Assembly (NCBI GenBank): GCA_000708835.1
Contig: DF237210.1
Span: 56,703 to 120,702 of the forward strand
Direction: 5' to 3'
From: Klebsormidium nitens
Taxonomy: Eukaryota; Plantae; Klebsormidiophyceae
Length of the DNA stretch: 64,000 nt
This document shows positions 12,001 through 23,007 of this stretch, piece by piece (positions within the stretch are counted from its first letter, which is position 1; the number at the start of each line of letters is the position of its first letter). The translations under genes were made by a program, and so were the position numbers. Under the pieces are notes generated by a model. The model was not told the origin of the DNA, did not search any database, and was given only the letters and a program-made list of their open reading frames with translations.

Positions 12001-14481
12001 AACTAAGAGCTACACGCGTTTCGGACCGTACCCTCGCATACCCCTAGATGACCCCGCTCGTCCCCAAAGACTGTTCATTGGGCTTACAATTCACTTTCGC
12101 TTGGATGTGAAAAGCCACGACCTGGACCTCTCTTCCCTCCCCGGACGCTGCTAGTGGTTTCGCGGTGGCTGTGTTTTGTATGTCCGCGGAAACCAGACCG
12201 GCTTTTGCGAGATTTCGAAGCAGCTTGACCCGCAGATTGTTTTGCTAAGCCACCTCATCACGTTCGTCGATCGCAATCCCGTTGAGGGCGCGTTACGTAT
12301 TACCGCCCACTACAAGCAGAGCCCCCGCCTGGAGGGAAAGAGCTGATACCACTTCCTCAGCAACGAAGGAACAGTCAATCGGGCCTCTCTGTCGCCCTGT
12401 GCTTCGCGTTTCCAGGTCTCACTACGGCCCCTTAACAATCGGTTGGGCTAGAAAGATACATTTGGAGATACATTTGGAACCCTCGTCAACTCGTCGACCG
12501 CCAAATCCTTTTTCAAAGAGGCACGCAGTCGGCTCACCTCGCGTATTTGTAGGGACTCTGGAATTCACCCCCAAGAGCCACGAATAATCATCGAAGATTC
12601 ACAGTTTGGTCCTGCGTGTATTTGTAGGGACTCTGGAATTCACCCCCAAGAGCCACGAATAATCATCGAAGATTCACAGTTTGGTCCTGCGTTGAGAGAA
12701 TTTATTAGCGGCATCCTCCAAATCGGAGATTCTGGTTTTGTTTTTGGCCTTGTTTGTCAGCAGTTTGGGCGGATTATGAATATTTGATTATATCTCCTTT
12801 TCTCCCTGAGGGTCCAAATTACTCTCTAAATTTTCGTCTTAAGCCAAGATAATAACCAAAAGATTAATTCACATGTCAATATGGTACTTTGTTCCTTCGC
12901 AGCTGCGCCAGAGTCCGCTGCACATCGCGGCCTCCATGGGCCGCACCGCCACGGTCGGGGTGCTCATCCGGGCGGGAGTGTTGAAGGACGCGGAAGATGA
13001 CGTAAGCGTTTTCTTTTTTTGGAAGAAGACGAAAAGGATTAGAAGCTAGCCTCGAAACAACCAAACTGCATAGGGAAGGCTTTTAGAGACGTCCATCCGA
13101 TAAGTTGCTCCGTCAAAGTTCACTCGATCCCTCGGGTGGTCACAGTTCATGCGGCTGACACGTGTCGCTTTCTCCTCGCAGCTGAGGCAGACCCCGCTCC
13201 ACCTGGCAGCGGCCAACGCGCAGATCGCGGCGCAGACGGTCGACCTTCTTCTACGGTCGGGGGCCAACAAGGACGCCCGGGATGACGTAAGCTTGACGTC
13301 AACGAGTGAAGTCTTTGATTTCGCTCCTTCACAATACAGATTCTGGGTGAATGATTGGGGCAAGCGCAGAGACGTGCGCCTGCTGAGGGCAAAACGTTCT
13401 TCGACGGCACTCGCAGAAGGGAGTGCTGATAAGGTTGACAGTCTATGGAGTCTGAAGATAAGGCGTTGTCTTGGGGCTGAAGAATCGACGAAATTGGTAA
13501 TGCTCTTCGCAAGCAGTCACGCAATTCGCGCCAACCGGCTGCAGGGTTCTCAAAGACTGCTTCCTGATATGCTTCCGTCCTGATTCCGTTGTTGCAGTAT
13601 GGCCGGACGTATGTTCATGGTTATCTGATCCGCTGCCTCACACTGATTCCGTGTCCTTCCGTTCCGTTGTTGCAGTATGGCCGGACGCCCCTCCAGCTGG
13701 CGGCCAAGCACGGGCAGACGCCGACGCTGGAGCTGCTGCTCAAAGCGACGTACCCACCGGAGGCCTCTTCAAAGGTGAGGGCGCATTCACACCAGTGGTG
13801 TCGTATGGACTGCGTGCGCGGACTGGATTTCGTGCTTTCGAAAGTATTGGGACTCCAGTATTCGTGTATGGATAGTCATGGAAATGGGCGAATTATAAGA
13901 TCTTGTCGGAGCACCTTTTCGGGTGCGGCGACGGATGGGGTCGTCTCTTCGTCCGTGTGAAGCGGAAGAAAGAATCAGGCTTTCGCCATTTCACTGATTC
14001 AAATGACGAGTCAGAGGCAAGAATGGAGTGTGCACGCCTCCCCGCACTTTCCATGTGTGGCAACTGAATCGTTCTCTCCGGTCAACCCTTACAAAAAGGT
14101 CTCAGTACGACTTCTTCTGTGGGCAGTCGAGAAGACAAAGGATGCGTCAAAAAAATAAAAGCTTGATGCGAACCTCGCACCAGCGGCCGCCCTGAGTTAC
14201 TTGGTTGTCTGCCGGGCTTGTGACATTTCGGCTGATGAGCGGCCGGCAACTCGTCAATTTGTCATTGAAGTTCGACCAATTTTCCTCTACTGCAGCCTCG
14301 AGCAGCCCAGCGCCCTCCCACCCAAACGACCGCGGGGGCACCGCAACCCGTTTCGGCCAACATTCAATGGACTGTTCCGGGGCTCGAGTTTTCGGCGGCC
14401 AATACAGTGGGCGCGAAGGGCAGTGTCGGCCAATCGGTGGACGCAAGGCAGGGGAAGGAGAATAGGCAAAGGTTGCGGTAG
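6059..14481 (+). CDS. Ankyrin-repeat protein (about 10-11 repeats) with low-complexity N- and C-terminal regions
   Basis: Exons 6059-6310, 6821-6970, 7399-7551, 7947-8045, 8366-8464, 8781-8879, 9635-9832, 10624-10722, 11848-11946, 12903-13001, 13182-13286, 13676-13774 and 14296-14481. Repeat exons translate to G-x-TPLH-x-AA-xx-G-xxxxV-x-LL-xx-GA-D, for example GLTPLHFAASNGQTATVALLIKLGADKEARTD. All introns are phase 0. Start and last exon are less certain. Confidence 0.85.
12543..12692. repeat. Exact 75-bp tandem duplication in an ankyrin-gene intron
   Basis: GTATTTGTAGGGACTCTGG...GGTCCTGCGT occurs at 12543-12617 and 12618-12692. Confidence 0.9.
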
Positions 14482-15691
14482 AGATGGGCGCTTTGTGCGC
14501 AGAAGCACGTTTGAAGGACGGGAAGATCCTATGCTGGTCTGTCACAATTACTCCGGGTTGGTGCGAGATCTTCCCTTGATGATTGTAATCGAGTCGTTGA
14601 AGTGAAGCAGCATGTATAGAGGTTGCGAAGTGTCTGACTTCGAACAATACTAACATCTAGAACAAGGGAAAGATATGTAGAATCCAGCCGTCGATCTGCC
14701 AAGCAATGCTGTGAGTCCCCTAAGCTATGGCGGTCGGCACTGAGGACTCTGCAGCAAGACTGAGTGAGGACTAAAAGAGAAGGGTCCTTTAACACCAGAA
14801 CGCGCACTAACCCGCTTCCACAATTCGTTAAGCCACGTTCCCATTGCAATCCGTCAGCCATAGTAGCCGGCTGTAAGTAGGCTGGTGCATGAGTTTTATG
14901 TTGATAATCGTGCAATTGAGATAGTAGAGGTGCTCATGCAGTGCATCATTCTGTTCGCATTTGTGAAGTAGATGGCCCGAGTTTCACACATGTTGCATGC
15001 TCGGAAGGCTGGAGATTGGACCGTAGCGTTCCTGTTTGATTGTACCGTCTCGATCTCACAACCGGTGAACATGAATGATCTGTTGAGTTGGTTTGGATCG
15101 AGTCCGTTCTTATTGCTTTTGCTTAACTGCAAAGCCAACCCTCTCCTAGACTAATCAAAGTCCCTAGTACCGTGTTCGGCAACTCGAACACAAAAGCTTG
15201 CCCAGCAGATCGATATCACGGGTAAGCTGGCAACGTGACCATTGGGCCTCATGAGCTCTTAAAGATACCTAGTTGTAATGATGAAGTGTTGTGGATAGCG
15301 CCACAAACGACAAAGTTGCACACAGGATCCTTCCGACTATTTTGACGCTTGTACTTGTTACGTGACCGCTGGAGAGACTACTACCTTGACAACCGTACTG
15401 CAGGAGGGGGTCTCAGGCTTGGATGATATTGCATAATAGTTCTGCCGTTCTTCCGAGCACCTCTCTCAAGGTAAAACCGTTCACCAAGCTCCCTTAAACC
15501 TGACCTAATTCACTAGTGACCTTTGGGGGCTTCAGCTCTCCTCTACCATGTGGCCAGGAGACCAGGCTAATTGATCGGCTGTATGGACACAGTCGAAAAG
15601 CACTTAGTTCCTTAGCCGCACATAGCAGGAAAGGGCAGAAGACTGGTTTTGCACACATAACCAGACATCTAACCGAGCCCCTTAGATAAGG

Positions 15692-18600
15692 TTAAGCGGC
15701 ACACGTCGCCACGGCTCCTGGGGCCCCAGGGGCGCACCCCCGTGGGCAGCACACGAAGTCACTGCCGTTCACGTTGAAGCACGGGTTGGGCGTGGCCGAC
15801 AAATAGTCGCACGGGGCCTTGGTCGATGCTGGGGTGGCGGTCGGGGAAGGGGCCGCAGTGGTGGTAGACGGCGACGAAGGGGTCGGGGTAGGGGTGGCTG
15901 TGGTCGCCGAAGTTGGCGCGGGGGATCCCTCGGTGCAAGCGGCCGGTTCAGGAGGGGGGCTGAGGCACTGCAGCCAAAAAACACAGGAGATTTTGGTTGG
16001 TTACCAGGTTTGGTCTCGGGGTATTGGACTAGTACTCGGGCTTTAACCTTGTCTCAAGGCTGGTTACCGCCTAGGTTTGGTCACTGGACACTCAACCGCT
16101 TCCATAACCAGCCCATAACCGTCCATGGTTAAAGGCCGGAAATCGCTGTGCAATGACAAGAGTCGGACTCTTCGCATGTGATCTTGTTCGTACCTTGCAA
16201 TGGTTGTGGGTCACTCAAACGGTCCACGTCATTGCGTTCTATCTGGATGATCATTCAAGCCGCTGGCCGGAAGCGAAGTCCTCATTTGACGTTTCTCGCT
16301 AGTCTGGTCGACCCTTCGATCATGCAAACGGGGAAAGCTTACACATTTGCTACCAGTCCAGGGCCTTCCGAAGTGGGACAACAGATCTTACTACTGAGCA
16401 AGCTTACATCAAAGCGGAAGGTCAGTTCCGCTTGAAGACCAGGCTTATGAGAAGTCAATCACAGACTTGAACGCACTATTTCGGAGTCGGCCAGCTAGAG
16501 ACTTCCGCCCTCAACCCGCCCAAGTCACTGCGACTCCAGACAGCTAACCTCCTCTAACCAAGACTGTCGAGGTTAGCTGTTGATAAGGACGTAGTATGTT
16601 CGCGCGCACAGGAGTCTCTGGCTGATAACCAGGCCGTTTACCAGACTCGAGTCTCAGTTTAAAGGACAATCAACCGGGCTTTAACCTTGTTCAAATGGCT
16701 GGTTACCGCCCGACTCTGCTTGATGTTAAGCTTTGTGCAACCAGCCCATACCCAGCCCATAACCATTTATGGTTAAGGGCCAAAACCTGGTTAATTCGAA
16801 TGCAGTTTACCTGGCCGCGGCAGCAGACGGAGGTGGTCCCCGACGCCGAGAAGCACTGGTTGGGCGCGTCACTGTACAGGCCACACGTTCCGTTCACGGG
16901 GGCCCTTCCGGCGGAGGTCAGGGGGTTAAGGGCCGTGGGGGGGTTAGGGGGGGCGGTTTCATTAGCGGGCGTCGGGACATCCGGGGGAAACACCGCTGTT
17001 AACAGAATGGTGGGGTCAACCAGTTTCTGCATGATCTGGAGAACGAACCCGTCATCGGGGGGAAGAATGTCGAGCTTGTAAGATTTGACAGCCGTGCCGT
17101 CGGGGACAGGTTCTTTGGTTAGCTTCTCGGTTATGGTAATCGTCGCGGGGTTACCGACGGGGAAGTCGTTGTAGGGGAAGGGAGGGGGGGTGCGGCGGAG
17201 GGGACCCCTTGCGGTGACGGAAATGTCGAGTTCGATGAAGTTGACGAGCGGGTTGTCGACGAAGCCAAACGGCGGGCCTACTGCCTCCGTAAGTGTGGTG
17301 GTGAATGGATCGCCTGCGACGGATGGATGAGAAACATGGTCAGGGGATTTGGGTTAAGGCAAACTGGGGGTTTGAGTTAGCCTGTTTGAGTCAGCATGAT
17401 TCAGGTCCAAGCTTGATCGCGCCTGTCCTGTTTAGGTTAGGGTTTCTGAACCTTCTGCGGTTCTGTGAGGGCTCGATTGCTGGTAAGTCGAAGTTGGATG
17501 AAGATTGTAATGCGAAGCATCTCTGACGTTGTTAAAGGGTCAGGCTGGGGTGCGAGTGGCCTTTCTTGAGGGCTCGTGACCTGTAAAGCCGATCCGGCGA
17601 GAAAACAGAAGGCACACAGTACGAAGACCCGTGTATACTTCAGAATTTGTCGTGTCAGAATAGTACATAAGAGTTTAAAGATGTGGCAACGGCGATCTGA
17701 ACCAGGCGCTTACGAACTTCTAACTTCTTCCGGCAACATTCTCGGGCCTCAACCAGATGTAGGCAAGAGCAGACTGGCAGAATCTGAGACATCAAAATCA
17801 GGTCGCAGTTGAAAGACAATCTTTTGTGTGATCTGCGCTCGTGAGGCGTGCCTCCGAATCAGCTGGTTTCCTTACCAGCTGTGCCGTTGTCGTGAAGCTC
17901 AAAGTTGAGGTCGAAGTGCACGGTGGCGAGCGAAATCACCTTGAGAAACTCGGCCTGTGAGAGAGTCGAACAAGCAGTCATGGGCCACGTGGCAGTCAGG
18001 GGATGGTCAGGATGTGGTGAAGCACCCCTCAAAGAGACAGGGAGGTCACGACCACATGCACTGGCCGTTAGTGATAAACACTGCAAGTCAGCTCCCGACC
18101 ACAGGCGCGCTTGACCATGTGAAATAGGTGTGTGTTCACTAGTTTGACTGCTCCAAGAACAATTATATGTTACTCACATTAGTAACATCTTTCGCGTCGA
18201 AGCCGCCAGGGAACGGATTCAAGCCCATAATAGTGTACCCATCGCTACCGTCACTCGTCAGAACCTGCGGAAGGGTAAAGACGTTGGACCCGTCAATCGT
18301 GACGCGGATCCGTCTTCCGTCAGAAAGAGGGTATTGAGTCACGGTACCTGTAAAGGACAGAAAGAGGGTATTGAGTCACGGTACCTGTAAAGGACGGCAA
18401 GGGAGGAATCAACTTGTGGAAGCTGCTTGAGAGGGTAAATCGTTTTTCCATTTCCGAGCTCTTGAAAGGACTTGCAGGGCAAAGCTTTCTGTTGCGGTAA
18501 GATGACAGTAAGGACATTCGCAAGCCTTTTTAACTTTTCTGGTTCACAGCGATTCCTAGCCCTGCCATATTTTAAGCCCTGCCATTTTCTAAGTGAAGGC

Positions 18601-20205
18601 TTGCCTTTACTTCACAGTAAACCTTAGGTGTTTGAGGCATTACAAAAATGACAGTAAGGCCCTCTGTTTGCAGCATCCGTAGCCTTACACAATCAGTGCT
18701 CTCAAAGAGCCTTTTAATCGAAGTTCTACAGTGCATTGCCCATTCAGAAGCTTTGGAAAACATTCAATCAAACACACGCTACATTGCCCTGCAACCTTTC
18801 GTGCTTACCAGTTATCGTGGCCGGAACTTTGAAAGGCTTTCCGTCCACTGTGAAGACAACAGAGTTGCAGAGATCGATGAAGACTACTGCAAGGTAGTCG
18901 CCAAGATCGGCAAACGGAGTGGCGACCTCGTCAAAGCTTGTATAAATATCTGTACCTGCATACAGAAACCAAGAAGTTTGTATCAAGACAATCATTGGAG
19001 GCACTCTCTCCGGAAGCTGAGTCCTCTGCAGAGTCTGCCACATTCTGAAGTAACTCTATATGAGACTGCCGCGCACAAGTTCTTTTAAACTCAAGGTGTT
19101 CCAAAACCCTTCCGTACTGGCAAGGTCATGACAGGACATTGCTCAGAATCTGATAGTGATTGAAAAAGCAGGATAAAATTGCGGAAGTGCCTCTTTTAAA
19201 TGAGATGTAAGAGTCCTCTCTTTGACATTAGGTTGCAAAGAGTTATCTGTTTCTTTCAGAGCAGCTTTCATGCAGTTTTTGAACTCGGCCTGTGCAGAAT
19301 TTAATCCACATCCTAGCTCAAAGAAATCTGTCCATACAATGTCATGAGACAATGGGAGACAATTTGATACATTGTGAGACCTGTACGTTTCAGAGCTACT
19401 GAGGAAGCTAAATTCAAGAACCTCTGATCATGCGACATAATGCATTGCACAGCAAGCTCAACACTTGCACCTTAGGCGTTTGAACCTTGGTCCCTTTAAG
19501 CAGGTGAAAACAAAGAGCATGTCTTATTGCATCATTGCATCCACAAAGAGCAGGAATGAGTCATTTTTGTCGCCAAATGAAAAACAACCCTGCCAGACCA
19601 AGGGCTGCAACAAGCCTCTGTTTTTATGCAGCTTTTTCAAATGAACAGAGGGCTTTAAGCTGTGAGACCCGAGGTGAGACCAGGGAAAGAGAAAGCACAG
19701 GCTTCACTGCAGTCAAAGAAGGACCGCATTTCCCGCCACTTCTGACAAGCATATCGCATTCCAGATCATCAAGCCATTCATTGTATAATCATCATCTCCA
19801 CATTCAATAAACCTTTGAGTGTTTGAATTGAAATCAAATCTTGAAGGGAAGAGTCTGATGAGCGCTCTCCCAATCAAGTAAATGCGCTGGAGGCTAAATT
19901 AACCAGAATGTTGACAAAAGTGGTGTCATACCCCTACAGCATACTAAAGACTTACTCCTCGACGGAGTGCAATAGGCAGTGTAGTCTTGGACAACTGGTT
20001 GTGGGTCGTTCTGCAACACCTTACGGCCACCAAGAGCGCGGGCCATTGGTAGCTCCAGGGCCTGCGCAGTGTTGACTCGAGGCCGGTTGGAGCTACTAGG
20101 CACGGTTGTCGCTAGGAGGATTGTCAGAACGACGAGGGCCAAAGAGGGGGAAGTCGAGGGCAGAGAGGACTTTGAGCGACCCGAGGGCTGGGGAAGAGGC
20201 GCCAT
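15692..20205 (-). CDS. Putative secreted/cell-wall protein: hydrophobic N-terminal segment, beta-rich core, two 6-Cys modules separated by a Pro/Thr/Ser linker
   Basis: Six exons splice in frame: MAPLPQ...LALVVLTILLATTV...RKVLQNDPQPVVQDYTAYCTPSR|STDIYTSF...PATITG|TVTQYPLSDG...DVTN|AEFLKVISL...NGTA|VGPPFGFVDNP...SVCCRGQ|CLSPPPEP...TPTPTPSSPSTTT...FVCCPRGCAPGAPGAVATCAA*. Stop at 15692-15694. No family recognised. Confidence 0.75.
16038..16137. mobile_element. MITE-like 100-bp element with terminal inverted repeats (copy 1), intronic
   Basis: Begins GGGCTTTAACC and ends GGTTAAAGGCC (10/11 inverted match). Has an inner inverted pair GGCTGGTTA/TAACCAGCC. A related copy lies at 16676-16781. No target-site duplication identified. 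Confidence 0.45.
16676..16781. mobile_element. MITE-like 106-bp element with terminal inverted repeats (copy 2), intronic
   Basis: GGGCTTTAACC...GGCTGGTTACCGC...CCAGCCCATAACC...GGTTAAGGGCC; same motif order as copy 1, in the same intron. Confidence 0.45.
18321..18394. repeat. Exact 37-bp tandem duplication spanning a splice acceptor (minus-strand gene)
   Basis: CAGAAAGAGGGTATTGAGTCACGGTACCTGTAAAGGA x2. On the minus strand each copy reads TCCTTTACAG|GTACCGTGAC. Confidence 0.9.
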
Positions 20206-20755
20206 GCTTGAGCTCTCTTCAGTAGATTGCTGGAGCTTACAAGGTTGGAAATGAGACTGTGGAAAGGAAGAAATTCGGACGAGCTTATACAGAGCTCACA
20301 CATCACGGTGACGTTCAACGTTGCTCCTGAGTCCTGCGAGTCCTGGCACTTAGAAACCACACCGTCTTGCATGCTGCCTGAAAAGCTCGGCGTGCACTGT
20401 CAGAATCGGCCACAATGGACGGACATACCGATTGTACCGGGAGTACACTCTGGAGTCTGAAGGACGACCATTTCGATATTTTGGCCCTACTAAATACCGT
20501 ACCCAGGTAACGCACACAAACAGACTTTGGAAATGGTGAGTGTGAATGTTCGACACTACCACCATTTCTGTGGCTTTCTGCGGGCTCGGCAAATGCGGAA
20601 AATGCATTCACAGCTTTGTGTAAATGACGACAGGTTTCCGGCGCCAGACTTGGACGGTAACAGCCTGAGGTGCATTATGGAGGTCATTATGCTCAGTGCG
20701 AAATACCGAGTGCTTGAGCCCTAAGGTATCCCATGCAGGAGCAGTGCTGAGTGGA

Positions 20756-20810
20756 CTCTGGAGTCTGGAGTCTGGAGCACTCAGGAGTCAGGAGTCAGGA
20801 GTCAGCACTC
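20756..20810. repeat. Short 7-mer tandem repeats (GGAGTCT/GGAGTCA)
   Basis: ctctggagtctggagtctggagcactcaggagtcaggagtcaggagtcagcactc, upstream of the secreted-protein gene. Confidence 0.7.
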
Positions 20811-21290
20811 AAAAGGGACACGTGAGTGACGTGACACCGCACCTGTCAGAGCCGGCGGGATCAGGATTCAGGAGAATACCAGTAATTTGCAGTAATTCCC
20901 TGTACTGGAATTTGCATGTCAATTTCGCGCGGTAAGGCTATTTTATTCGTGATCCTATTGGCTGAAACCTTTACCGGCCTGCCACGTAGGCTCCTCGAGT
21001 TTTGACTTTGACGACCAAAGGCCGTCGATTCACCTTCAACAAATCCACACCGTTGACTGGCCATCATGCCCCACTGTTCTCAACAAACACTGAAGAGGTG
21101 TACGGGAGGCTGCGCAGGCACTACCTGGCGGCATAGTATAGTGGCGGCATTTTCCCGGATTTTATCCTACCATTTGTAACGCCAGTCTGACATACATATA
21201 ACATGCTGGGTTGCGTCGCAGAATAGCGTTTCACTAAGGGTCAGACATAAAATAGCGTCCGACATGCATCCTCTGACAGGTACGTACCGT

Positions 21291-21978
21291 NNNNNNNNNN
21301 NNNNNNNNNNNNNNNNNNNNNNNNNNNNNNNNNNNNNNNNNNNNNNNNNNNNNNNNNNNNNNNNNNNNNNNNNNNNNNNNNNNNNNNNNNNNNNNNNNNN
21401 NNNNNNNNNNNNNNNNNNNNNNNNNNNNNNNNNNNNNNNNNNNNNNNNNNNNNNNNNNNNNNNNNNNNNNNNNNNNNNNNNNNNNNNNNNNNNNNNNNNN
21501 NNNNNNNNNNNNNNNNNNNNNNNNNNNNNNNNNNNNNNNNNNNNNNNNNNNNNNNNNNNNNNNNNNNNNNNNNNNNNNNNNNNNNNNNNNNNNNNNNNNN
21601 NNNNNNNNNNNNNNNNNNNNNNNNNNNNNNNNNNNNNNNNNNNNNNNNNNNNNNNNNNNNNNNNNNNNNNNNNNNNNNNNNNNNNNNNNNNNNNNNNNNN
21701 NNNNNNNNNNNNNNNNNNNNNNNNNNNNNNNNNNNNNNNNNNNNNNNNNNNNNNNNNNNNNNNNNNNNNNNNNNNNNNNNNNNNNNNNNNNNNNNNNNNN
21801 NNNNNNNNNNNNNNNNNNNNNNNNNNNNNNNNNNNNNNNNNNNNNNNNNNNNNNNNNNNNNNNNNNNNNNNNNNNNNNNNNNNNNNNNNNNNNNNNNNNN
21901 NNNNNNNNNNNNNNNNNNNNNNNNNNNNNNNNNNNNNNNNNNNNNNNNNNNNNNNNNNNNNNNNNNNNNNNNNNNNNG
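21291..21978. other. Assembly gap (N run)
   Basis: Run of n characters. Confidence 0.99.
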
Positions 21979-23007
21979 GTGCCATTTCTGCGAGTGTTTC
22001 ATGTTTGCAACGTGGAATCTCCAGCCTGGCAGTGCGCGCGCACAATTCGGGGATTTAGTCCTGTGTCAGATTCAGGATGTGATCCGCTTGTACACAGAGT
22101 GTGAATACCCTCAGTATTTTTATTTACGATTTAGAGCTTTGTTGCGATGGTCACAAATTTTCTTATTCACACTCCCTTCTATTTACGATTCTTTCCTCCC
22201 GATAGTTTAACCTATTTATGATCGAGATCAGCCGGAAGCTCCAGGTCAGAACCTTAAACCTTGCCACGTCCGCCCTTCCGGCCAACACAGCGACTGAGAG
22301 GCTGCGGCCGGCCATGCATGCGCACCGCCCGGCCGTGCTAGCCCTTATCCGACGAGCTAGTAGAGTCCCGGGGCGGCATGCAGGCCGCCAGCCTCGATCC
22401 GCCACGTTGGACTCCCCTGCAAGCTAGCTGTGATGCTCCAAGAGCTGGGCACCTACTTCGGAATTTGCACTAGAATTCCTTTGTAGTACGAGTAGTAGTC
22501 GGAGTTAAGTCACTGCATGTACCATGTGCACACGTAGCTTTCATTGAAGTACATGACGAAGTAGAATATGTGCATATGTCAATGCATTAAGTTTCATACT
22601 CAAGTAGCTTAATTCAATCTTGCCCGCTACGCTAATTTCTAGCTAATGCTTTGGGGCATTTAATATATGTATATAGCTTTGATTCAAGGCGCACAAAATT
22701 GCTTCACATAATGCATGGCATCTGGAGCATATCAAAGTGTATAGTTCCGCAAACGACAAGCTTCGCAGTCAATATCTGTAGCGTGACAAGATTGACAACA
22801 TCAATGAGCAGTGGACACCCTACTCATCGACTTTGACACGCCATGAAGCTTGCCTACATCATAAAGTTGTCAGTGGTCCGGGCTCTGATTATTTTTTCGT
22901 TATGCATGCAATCTTTCAGAGGATGGCAAAGTCGCTCCTCCTTCGGACTATGTTGTTCCTATATCGACCTTCCAAAAACACTTTGATGCTCCCCGTGCCT
23001 AATGTAT

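Noticed and set aside
19143-19352. Possible extra exon of the secreted-protein gene
   Set aside because: No usable GT donor before its stop; the flanking exons join in frame without it.
21167-22058. Long ORFs of 253-292 aa
   Set aside because: Artefacts of translating through the N gap.
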